Of a stretch of DNA of 64,000 nucleotides, positions 49,497 through 57,525 are shown piece by piece. Within the stretch, counting starts at the first letter, position 1, and each line of letters starts with the position of its first letter. Under the pieces are notes generated by a model, which saw only the letters and a program-made list of their open reading frames with translations, searched no databases and was not told where the DNA came from. Location: positions 1 to 64,000 of the forward strand of contig JBJHCF010000005.1 of assembly GCA_050506795.1 (NCBI GenBank). The letters run 5' to 3'. The stretch is from Opitutia bacterium. Its GTDB lineage: Bacteria > Verrucomicrobiota > Verrucomicrobiia > Opitutales > T3Sed10-336. Made by a program: the position numbers and the translations under genes.

Positions 49497-51335
49497 ATGA
49501 TCACTCACATTGTAGAGCGAATTCGTGGAAGGATTGGATTCTACGGGGTCGTCATTTACCTGTCTACGATCCTTTCGATCACTCTTCTTGTGGGCTCCGG
49601 AGAGATACTGGAATGGGGAGAGTGGTATGCGCCGCATCTGACGTTGAGGCAACAGACGGATTCGTTGATGGAGGGTCGTCTCGGGTTGTCGGAGGAGGTC
49701 AGTGCTGTCAGGCACGATCATGTTTGGGATAACGGCCGAGTTCAGCAGGTTTGGGGGCTGGGGGTTCCGGCTTGGCGGTTGCCGTTCGAGGTGATTTCGA
49801 GGTTGCTGGAGCGGCCAGTCTTTCCGGACAGAATTGCGTTTGGTGTGGCGGTGGCTTTGGTGTCTGGCCTCGTGATTCGCGCATTTTTGGCGCCAGCGGG
49901 GAGTCTGGATATTCGATCGTGGGGGGATCACCTGCGACGTCATTGGGAAACGGGCGTGGCGCCGTTCCTACTCGTGTTGTTTCCGCCGTTTTTGAATCTC
50001 CTGAGTGCCGGGCGGTTTACGGTGTACGAAGAGGTGCAGGCCTACAGCTACCTTGCCGGAATCGGAATTCTGGCCGGAGTGATGCTTTTTCTTCGGGAAC
50101 CGCGCCTCTGGCTGTTTCTGGTGGTATCGGCTATGGGCGGGCTCGCGGCATTCGTTCGGCCAACCGCCGGGATTTTCGGGATCGCGGCGTTGGTCGTACT
50201 GCTGATTCGCGGGTACGGTCTCAGATGGTCGCTGAGAAGGTTGGGGGCGGGTGTGGCTCTTTTTCTCGTCGGTGGGGTATTGTTGTACGTTGCAAACTGG
50301 ATCCGATTCGGCGCGGGATTTGAGTTTGGACATTATTTGAATTTGAACGACGGTCACACGATGCGGTTTGCGGGACGCTTCGAGGCGCCGTATCAATCGG
50401 AGCCGTTTTTTTCCGCGTGGCGCGAACTGGGCAGTCTGCTGTTCGTTGAGGACGGGTATCGTTCGGATACCTTGCGGTGGCGGCAGATCTACTTTCGCGG
50501 ATTCAATCTCAGTTATTTGCCGCCATTACTTATTGCCTGCGTATGGTCCGGGTGTCGATTTTGGCGGATGTTTCGAAAGCGGGAGTTGTCGTTCGGAGAG
50601 GGAGACGTTTTGGGATTCTGGTGCATTGTGTGTTCGGTGCCGCTGCTTCTGTTCTACCTGCGTTGTCCGTTTATAAACTCGCGGTACCTCCTGGATTTCG
50701 CTCCGGGATTTGCGGCGGGAATTCTGGCGTTTGTTTACCTGTTGCGGGATTGGGGGGTGCGGCGGTTCGGATCCGGGTTTCGCTGGGCGGTGGTTGCGGG
50801 GGTCGTCTTATGGTGGGGATGGCAGGTGTTGTTTGCGACCGAGTTTGGCACGGGTCGTATCTGGGATCCCGCGATCACGCGCGAGGAGTTGACTCAACGG
50901 ATGGGAGAGGGTTCCCGGGAGTTTCGAGCGATGCCCGAAGTTTACGAAGCGGGCATGCCTGTTGGAGAGTATGTCGGGATGCACAACGGCTCCGGATGGA
51001 ATTCCAACCTTGGAAATACACGGGCATCGATCGCATTGTTTGTCGACGACCCGGAGTTCGTGGAGTTTACCGTAGCGCCTGCCGAAGGGGTAGATCTCTC
51101 GCCCGAGGACTACGAAATCATTCAGGCAAAGGTTGGATTGGAGTTCCTGGAACTTGAAAGCGTGACCCCCGCGGAGGAGGGGATGATGGTTCGGTTTGCG
51201 GGACCGGAACGGAAACGGTACCAGACGGGGATCCAGGTGGTGTTTGCCGCGTTTATGACGGCGGAGGAGGTGGACGGAGGGAATTCTCGATTCCGCCTGT
51301 TGCGGGTGCGGTGGAAGGGAAATGAGGAAGGTTGA
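49497..51335 (+). CDS. Polytopic membrane protein, GT-C glycosyltransferase-like
   Basis: About a dozen hydrophobic segments; HDHVWDNG..Q.WG.G.P, VYEE, VRPT, NWIRFG..FEFG, SRYLLDF; soluble C-terminal domain. Confidence 0.6.
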   Translation: MITHIVERIRGRIGFYGVVIYLSTILSITLLVGSGEILEWGEWYAPHLTLRQQTDSLMEGRLGLSEEVSAVRHDHVWDNGRVQQVWGLGVPAWRLPFEVISRLLERPVFPDRIAFGVAVALVSGLVIRAFLAPAGSLDIRSWGDHLRRHWETGVAPFLLVLFPPFLNLLSAGRFTVYEEVQAYSYLAGIGILAGVMLFLREPRLWLFLVVSAMGGLAAFVRPTAGIFGIAALVVLLIRGYGLRWSLRRLGAGVALFLVGGVLLYVANWIRFGAGFEFGHYLNLNDGHTMRFAGRFEAPYQSEPFFSAWRELGSLLFVEDGYRSDTLRWRQIYFRGFNLSYLPPLLIACVWSGCRFWRMFRKRELSFGEGDVLGFWCIVCSVPLLLFYLRCPFINSRYLLDFAPGFAAGILAFVYLLRDWGVRRFGSGFRWAVVAGVVLWWGWQVLFATEFGTGRIWDPAITREELTQRMGEGSREFRAMPEVYEAGMPVGEYVGMHNGSGWNSNLGNTRASIALFVDDPEFVEFTVAPAEGVDLSPEDYEIIQAKVGLEFLELESVTPAEEGMMVRFAGPERKRYQTGIQVVFAAFMTAEEVDGGNSRFRLLRVRWKGNEEG

Positions 51336-51483
51336 AGGTCGATTCCAGCGCCTGTGCTAGGATCGATCGCCTTGTCCGTGCCATCCGGTCCGGATGGCCT
51401 TTCGGGCGGAAACCGGCAAGGTAGAAGGTAGGAGGATTTGAGAAGAAGTCGAGAGCAACATCGATCAAAACAACCCAGAAACG

Positions 51484-51945
51484 ATGAGCAGCCTCCTGGA
51501 ACAGATTGAGGATTAGGATGGATAAGGCCGAGCGCGCTCGCTACCGGGCACCGGATTTGGCCGAAGAATGCGGTGCTTCGCACCGGCAACTATGCGGTTT
51601 TTCCAAAACCGTTGCGGTATTCCTCCCCATACCTGGTTGAAGAAAATTCGAATGTGGAAGTCACTTCCCAGGCTTCGCGAGACGCGGCACGTATCCGAAG
51701 TCGCCCATGAGTTGCATTTTGATCGTGTTTCCACGTTCAACGAACATTTTCGCGATACTTTCGGGTGCGCGCCGCGCCAGTTTATCGTGAACCCGGAGAT
51801 GATACTCGACAACACGGTTGCGAAGACTCCTGGAATTCAGGATGCAAACGGAAGCAATCCGATGTCGGAGCTATCGAGTCTGGCACGAAGCACGATTGAA
51901 GCGATACGGAGCGAAAAAAACGCCACAAATGTCCGTAATGCGTAA
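51484..51945 (+). pseudogene. Small AraC-family regulator with two compensating indels
   Basis: MSSLLEQIED* (frame A) / MDKAERARYRAPDLAEECGASHRQL (frame B) / RFFQNRCGIPPHTWLKKIRM...VSEVAHELHFDRVSTFNEHFRDTFGCAPRQF (frame A). Confidence 0.8.
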
Positions 51946-51984
51946 GAATGTCCGGAAAGCGTAAGAATGTCCGGAAAGCGTAAG
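51928..51984 (+). repeat. Three tandem 19-bp direct repeats
   Basis: AATGTCCGTAATGCGTAAG, AATGTCCGGAAAGCGTAAG, AATGTCCGGAAAGCGTAAG. Confidence 0.95.
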
Positions 51985-52101
51985 AGATTTTCGTTGTGAT
52001 CGCGAGAGTCACAGTCATTTTTGATGAGGTAAAAGAGGGAATTCCGTAGCATTTGGGGACCTCATCGAATCCGAAAATACCTGATCAGGACGAACAGACC
52101 A

Positions 52102-52347
52102 ATGAATCTGCCAACAAGCAAAGTCGGTCGCAACGGAAGCCGGTTCCTAAACGCTACGGGAATTATTCTGACCGTCACCGGATTGGCGAAGGTATTCACC
52201 GTTACCGGGGAATCCACCTTGCTTGAGGTCCCCGATCCGATTTTCGGAATGGAGTTTCGTTACCTGATGCTATTGGGCTTCCTCCTAATTGGCAGTTACG
52301 GAATAATGGCAATCCTAGTTTGGCAAAATCCGATGGAGCAAGGATAA
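52102..52347 (+). pseudogene. MauE/DoxX-like membrane protein, apparently internally deleted in frame
   Basis: RFL..TG.IL..TGLAKV...PDPIFG..FR.LM is joined directly to LLGFLLIGSYG; only 81 aa; lacks the CxC-G motif. Confidence 0.5.
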
Positions 52348-52378
52348 AACGCAATAGAATACAGGTTATAGAACCTAG

Positions 52379-53371
52379 ATGAGAAATCCTCGTACCTATA
52401 TATTTCTTTTTATTTTAATAGGTCCACTTGATCTCTGCGGTGACCAAGGTGACGAATTGGCGGAGTTTCGAAATGGTCTTCCTGAGGGAATATATACGAT
52501 ACAAAAGTCGCGGGCGTTCCAGCCGATGGCGTTCTCTTCTCGGGAAGAGGGTGAAGCTTGGCTGGCTGAGAATCCCGGACCACCCGAGCCACCGCTGTAT
52601 CAACTTTACTTTACTGGTGATGATTATATGATCCGCCTGTTAAGCGCCGAAGGAGACCAGCCGCTAATTCAAGGCGCTATTTCAGAAGACGGATCATGGT
52701 TCCATGAAGGATCGGACAGCAGGAATCGCGTAAAATATTCAGATACTGATTTGAGAGATTATGAAGGCGGGCGATTGGGGCCGCATAGGAGTTATCTAGA
52801 GAAAAAATTTCGTGAACTGCGTATGATGGGTTTACAGCACATCGATTGGGAAACAATTGATTTTCATGATGGAAATCGGATAACCGGGAAGAGTTCCACT
52901 GAGTCAGGTGCGGCTTCTTTTCATGGAAAGGTAGAACAAGACGCATCTGGACGGATAGAGGGGATTGCGTATCATGTGGATGGTGACCGATTCGCGTATA
53001 AGCTGGAGATTGGGCGGGACAATGACTTGGGTCTAGTCACCAAGGTGCGTGTAGACAGGGGATCAAATATTGAAACCGAGAGATGGCAGTTTCATGCGGA
53101 ATACTTGATCCAAGATGTCTCAGAAATTTCGAACGAAATTGATTTCGCCAATTATTGGAAAGAAATTCTAGAACCGAGAATGGTGTTTAATTATTGTCCT
53201 GTCTCAGACGAATTGCGATATTTTGATGCCCAGGGAGACGAGCAGGTCGTCAGGGAAGCACCCGACAGAGAGTATAGAAAAGGGAGTAGGCGCGTGGTGT
53301 TGCTGATTGCCCTCGGCGTGGTTCTTTTCATTCCATTGGCGATCGCTCCGTTTATGGCGATGAAAAAGTAG
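52379..53371 (+). CDS. Exported protein with C-terminal TM anchor, function unknown
   Basis: N-terminal hydrophobic signal, beta-rich acidic body, RRVVLLIALGVVLFIPLAIAPFMAMKK tail; lower GC. Confidence 0.8.
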   Translation: MRNPRTYIFLFILIGPLDLCGDQGDELAEFRNGLPEGIYTIQKSRAFQPMAFSSREEGEAWLAENPGPPEPPLYQLYFTGDDYMIRLLSAEGDQPLIQGAISEDGSWFHEGSDSRNRVKYSDTDLRDYEGGRLGPHRSYLEKKFRELRMMGLQHIDWETIDFHDGNRITGKSSTESGAASFHGKVEQDASGRIEGIAYHVDGDRFAYKLEIGRDNDLGLVTKVRVDRGSNIETERWQFHAEYLIQDVSEISNEIDFANYWKEILEPRMVFNYCPVSDELRYFDAQGDEQVVREAPDREYRKGSRRVVLLIALGVVLFIPLAIAPFMAMKK

Positions 53372-53435
53372 GGAGGTAGAATACATGCATGGTAACCGTA
53401 TTAGGAAATAACATACTAAGAAAGGTAGGTGAGTT

Positions 53436-53858
53436 ATGAATAATGAAAAAGCGAGAAAATCTTGGGTTGTGGCGATTCTGTTTTTAGCCATACCTATGAT
53501 GCCTGGTGTCGTGATAGCCTTTTGTTACATAGACGTTGTTAGTGAGTGTGGTGAGCAAGGGGAAACTGCTAAAGAAGTATTTTGTGGGTGGGACGAGAAC
53601 GGAGTTCCGGTATGGAGTGTCTGTTCTGTTACATTGGAAAAGGGAGAATATCCCAACTGTGTTAATCGTTTCCCGGATACGGGCGAACTGATCACACAGG
53701 GATCTATGGGATGCGATGATCTGAACTCATCTTCGTGTTTGCAACCTGCAGATTGGAGTGAAAACTGTTGCGACCCATACGGAGATCCTTCTCCATTCTT
53801 TGACTCGGGTGGTACAAATCACAAGGAAGCGAATGGCGAGGCGTGTATGTATACCTAG
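53436..53858 (+). CDS. Cysteine-rich secreted protein (10 Cys)
   Basis: SD-like AGGTGAG upstream; signal peptide ending VIA; 10 Cys in the ~112-aa mature part, including CC. Confidence 0.8.
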   Translation: MNNEKARKSWVVAILFLAIPMMPGVVIAFCYIDVVSECGEQGETAKEVFCGWDENGVPVWSVCSVTLEKGEYPNCVNRFPDTGELITQGSMGCDDLNSSSCLQPADWSENCCDPYGDPSPFFDSGGTNHKEANGEACMYT

Positions 53859-53859
53859 A

Positions 53860-54106
53860 GCCTGTCCCAGGCGCAACCGAGGAGTTCGGGAAGAATTGGC
53901 GGCGTTGGGAAAAACGAAGACGGATTTAATCAGTCGCCCGCGAAAACAGGCATGGAAGCTGGACCTGGCGCAACGTATACGGGACAAGAGCGCCGCGCCC
54001 TACCGCTGGCATGCGGAGGCACTGGATATTGGAAGGCCCGAATCTCTTCGCGGTTACCTTTGCCGTCACAGAGGGATTAAGGATCAACGAACAACGGCCT
54101 GACCCC
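53860..54106 (+). pseudogene. C-terminal fragment of a Y1/RAYT-type transposase
   Basis: LAALGKT..DL....K.AWK..LA...R....A.YRW.AEAL..G.P.S.R.YL resembles such tails; the TGA stop lies within GGCCTGACCCC; HUH/Tyr core absent. Confidence 0.6.
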
Positions 54107-54624
54107 TTCTTTCTTCTCCCCCCAAACGCAGCCGCCACTATTGCGAATCTCGCCCCTCCCTGGGCGTCCGGCGCCCGGAAGGTGTGCAGGTGCGTGCCGT
54201 CAGGCGCGAATAGATACGCCTGCCCTTCTCGACTATGCCCCGCCTGCATAGCCCCCACAAGAATGTTCTCTCCCACCGCGGTAACCGTATTGCCGAACAG
54301 CGTTGTGATCCGCGCATCGACCCGGCCGCTGCTGTACCAGTCGCGGTACAGCATCGCCGCCTCCGGGTCCGGGGCACGGAATGTCTGAAGATGCGTGCCG
54401 TCGGCAGCGAACGGATACGCCTTCCCGGCGTATCTGTTCGCTTCGGTACCGTCCGCAGGAGCCCCTATCAGGATCAAATCGCCTATTCCGGCCACCGAAA
54501 ACCCGAAGCCTCCCGAGTGCTGGGCGGGCGACTGGAGAATCCGAACATCCTGATCCGTCGCGCCACTTACGACCGCAAGGGAGATAATGAAGAAAACGAA
54601 AATGATAGAAATCCGTGTTCTCAT
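54107..54624 (-). pseudogene. FG-GAP (integrin-alpha-like propeller) secreted protein, 3' truncated
   Basis: Signal peptide; FGFSVA..GD.ILIGAP..G.AY and FGNTV...GE.ILVGA..G.AYLF; a third repeat is cut off at the CTGACCCC terminus. Confidence 0.75.
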
Positions 54625-54929
54625 AGTATTGCCTTTTCAATTGCCCCCCCTTCGAATCTGTTATGAGTCAGTTGGGCTTTCGTCATCCTCCTGTCCGAAA
54701 TCCGCCACCGTGGTCGAACACGGGTACGAAAATCCTACTGATTTCACGGTCGATGCCAACGGGTTTTTCACTTCGTGTTCACTCCTTTTGTTGGAACGAA
54801 TTAAGGGAAATGCTCTTTAGAGTATTTTGATCGGGATTTCTTCGATCGTAAATGAATAATCTGGTCCGTAGCGCTGTGTTGCTCTTTCAGGCATGGCGCC
54901 ACGGATTGAACTGCTCCCGATCCTTCCGC

Positions 54930-54966
54930 TTGACGATGCATACAAAACATGCATCTTTATATGCAT
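54930..54966 (+). promoter_or_regulatory. vapBC promoter/operator
   Basis: TTGACG at 54930; perfect IR GATGCAT-ACAAAAC-ATGCATC (54935-54955); third ATGCAT overlaps the ATG. Confidence 0.7.
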
Positions 54967-55183
54967 GAGGACGACACTCAACATTGACGATGATCTGTTG
55001 GCTGAAGCCATGCGGAGCACGGGTGAAACAGAGAAAACCGCTGTGGTCCGGATGGGTCTGGAAGCATTGGTCGAACGTGAAGCCGCCCGCCGCCTCGCAT
55101 CTCTCGGGGGCTTGATGCCCGACCTGAAGGTTTCCCAACGCCGCCGCCCGAAGCCCGCTCCGAAATCACATGCTTCTCGTTGA
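54965..55183 (+). CDS. vapB: Antitoxin VapB (RHH type)
   Basis: MRTTLNIDDDLLAEAM..TG..EKTAVV..GL.AL. Confidence 0.9.
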   Translation: MRTTLNIDDDLLAEAMRSTGETEKTAVVRMGLEALVEREAARRLASLGGLMPDLKVSQRRRPKPAPKSHASR

Positions 55184-55532
55184 TACATCGGTCTGGATTG
55201 AGCATTTCCGACGGGGCGTCCCGATGCTCGCGGATGCCCTGACCCAAAGGCTGGTCTTGCTGCATCCGAATGTCATCGGCGAACTGGCCACCGGCAACCT
55301 GAAAAACCGCACACGAACTCTTGCCGATCTCCGCCGCCAACCTGTGGCGGAAACCGGAACCTTCGAGGAGTGCCTGCACTTTATTGAGATTCACCATCTC
55401 TTCGGGATCGGCGTTGGCTGGAGCGATGCTCAAATTTTGGTTTCGGCCGGCCTGTCACGCGCACCGCTCTGGACCGTGGACAAACGCCTCGCCGAGGCAG
55501 CCGATCAACTCGGTTTTCTCTACAATCCGTAA
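55170..55532 (+). CDS. vapC: PIN-domain toxin VapC
   Basis: LLVDTSVWIEH, IGEL, DAQIL, LWTVDKRL. Confidence 0.92.
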   Translation: MLLVDTSVWIEHFRRGVPMLADALTQRLVLLHPNVIGELATGNLKNRTRTLADLRRQPVAETGTFEECLHFIEIHHLFGIGVGWSDAQILVSAGLSRAPLWTVDKRLAEAADQLGFLYNP

Positions 55533-55749
55533 TTCTCCTTTACCCTGCCATCCTCTGATCGGGTACCGTTCGTCGGGATCAGCCCGTCCATCGGTGGTCC
55601 GGTTCTCTTCGAGTCCGGTCTTGTCGCTTCGCCCGGAACGGGCTTTTTCCATGGCATAATTGCCAGTTTGAAGTGTAACCGATGTCTTTGGTTTGTACCC
55701 TTCTGTCTTCCATCCGACCGAGCGAGTTGTCTGAACTGAGGGGGGGATA

Positions 55750-56388
55750 TTATTCACTGGGGGATATTCTAAGAATATCGGTCTTTGCCACGCACGTTTT
55801 GAGGAAGGACTTTTCCTCCTCGCCGAGCCGTTCCAGGTCACCACCTTCGAAATGGGTCAGGGTCCGGAGCGTCAGCGATGGATCCACCACTTTCGGAAAG
55901 AGTTTTTGCATGTTCTCCAATCCCTCTTCGAGGGAATGCCCTTCCTTCAGAATGGCGATAATGTCCAGATAATCCTTTGCCTCAATCCGTTGGTGAAGAG
56001 TTTTTAGCTTGTGCGCGAAAATGTCTCCGATCGATGCGATGCGAATCCCGTTCGGCGCCGTGACCGGCGGGTGAAGCAAGGGAAACGATAAATCGCCGAG
56101 AAAGGACAGTTTAACAGGCTCTTCCTCCACGAACAACACGCAGGTGAAGGTATTGGGGGCGGACTGAAGCACGTGCCTGGCTTCTTTCAAAAGTGTGACT
56201 TTCTCAATCAGTTTCTCCGGGTTGAAAGCCACGCTCGAGAAAAAATCGAAATCCACGGAGATTCGGTGACCCAACTGTAAGGATAGGGCTGTCCCTCCGT
56301 AGAGAATAAAATCCGCAAGCGCTTTGGCGTCCAGTCGACTCCAAAGCACCTGTTGGGCGGCAGGAAGCGTGTCAAGATGCACGGACAT
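55750..56388 (-). CDS. AbiEii/AbiGii-like nucleotidyltransferase toxin (type IV TA-like)
   Basis: LYGGTALSLQLGHRISVDFDFF; KL....R...KDYLDI. Confidence 0.88.
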   Translation of the reverse strand: MSVHLDTLPAAQQVLWSRLDAKALADFILYGGTALSLQLGHRISVDFDFFSSVAFNPEKLIEKVTLLKEARHVLQSAPNTFTCVLFVEEEPVKLSFLGDLSFPLLHPPVTAPNGIRIASIGDIFAHKLKTLHQRIEAKDYLDIIAILKEGHSLEEGLENMQKLFPKVVDPSLTLRTLTHFEGGDLERLGEEEKSFLKTCVAKTDILRISPSE

Positions 56389-56659
56389 CGCCGAGTTCCC
56401 TTTCTGGAAGTCGGACCTCTGGGAGCCGCAGAACGCAGTGCCAGTAACTCCAGGACTTCGGAGAGAATTCGCCGGGCTCCGCCTCCCGCAGACAGACCGC
56501 CAACTCCTCATCGGAAAAACGCCTCCGTAGATCCTGCCACATGGCAAGCGTGCCGAGATTCATTATCCGGCGAACGATATAGCCATCGCTGAATGAAGCC
56601 GGATCCTCCCACCAAATGAGCACCTTGGCGTGCTTCAATAAAACGGCGTCAACGTTCAT
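56372..56659 (-). CDS. Putative cognate antitoxin (small helical protein)
   Basis: IWW, IVRRIMNLGT...W, FSPKSWSYW; overlaps the toxin start. Confidence 0.7.
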   Translation of the reverse strand: MNVDAVLLKHAKVLIWWEDPASFSDGYIVRRIMNLGTLAMWQDLRRRFSDEELAVCLREAEPGEFSPKSWSYWHCVLRLPEVRLPERELGDVRAS

Positions 56660-56953
56660 GCTTCCAGTATCGCCCGAGAGCGTCATGGGTCAACGTCTTT
56701 GAAGAGGTATCAAACCCATAGTTGGGCCTGTGAAGGGGGAGCCTGGTCTTCAGTCTTTTTTGTTATTCAGAGGGGAAACTAAAACCAACGCCAAAGACGC
56801 CAGGAAAATTCCCGTTCTCCATCGCCCCACCGGCTCCTTGTGCGCCCGTCTCATCTGTCTCAATTTTACCAGAGGAGCAGCCCCCGGAAAAGTCAGGCAT
56901 CCGTCCGCCGGGCCGAGCGCACAAACTCCCTCCCGCCCAAAATAAAAGTGTGC

Positions 56954-57500
56954 CTATTGCCGGAAAACCGACTCCAGCGAGGCGGCGTCCAGAATACTCT
57001 CGCCCCATCGCTCAATCTGGTCGGTCGTGGCGTCTTCGAGCAATTGACATACCCATTCGGGAAGTGGACCGAATCGGCGAATGAGTTGGCGCTCCAAAAG
57101 CAGGCGCTCTCCTTCCTGGCGAAACTGTTGTTCGAGTGTCATGACTGTTTGCCGAATGCGTTCATCTTTTACCATTTTAAGCCTCTCGAAAAAGGCCGGT
57201 TTGTCAAGGTCAGCGGCGGAGGCGATATAGCGCAGGATCTGCTCGAAGAGTTCCATGGACGCCTTGCCGACGAGGTCCTCGTCCCAGACCGGATCATCGA
57301 GCAGCATGCCGAGCCGTTCGGCTTTCATGACCCGGAGAGTGAGAATCCCGGCCGGAGTACCGCGGATCTGGTCGAAGGGTATGTCGGAGAGCTGGATGAG
57401 CTTCAGGGAGAAGTCGGGCACGACGGCGTCGAGTTCTCTATGCAGGGTTTCGGGAATGTCGAGGAGCGAGGCTCTTCGAACCGGGAAATCACTTGGCGTG
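56954..57500 (-). pseudogene. Rpn/YhgA-family nuclease remnant with C-terminal DUF4351
   Basis: SRFEE/LLDIP..L....PDF.L.LIQL (frameshift near 57470); MTLEQQFRQEG; LERQLIRRFG.LP...QIERWG..ILDA.SLE.VF; N-terminal nuclease domain absent. Confidence 0.75.
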
Positions 57501-57525
57501 GATGGATTGTTCGGATTAGGCTCGT

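Noticed and set aside
51928..51984. CRISPR or replication iterons
   Set aside because: No spacers and no rep gene or origin features.
49200..57500. Prophage or ICE
   Set aside because: No phage structural, integrase, relaxase or T4SS genes.
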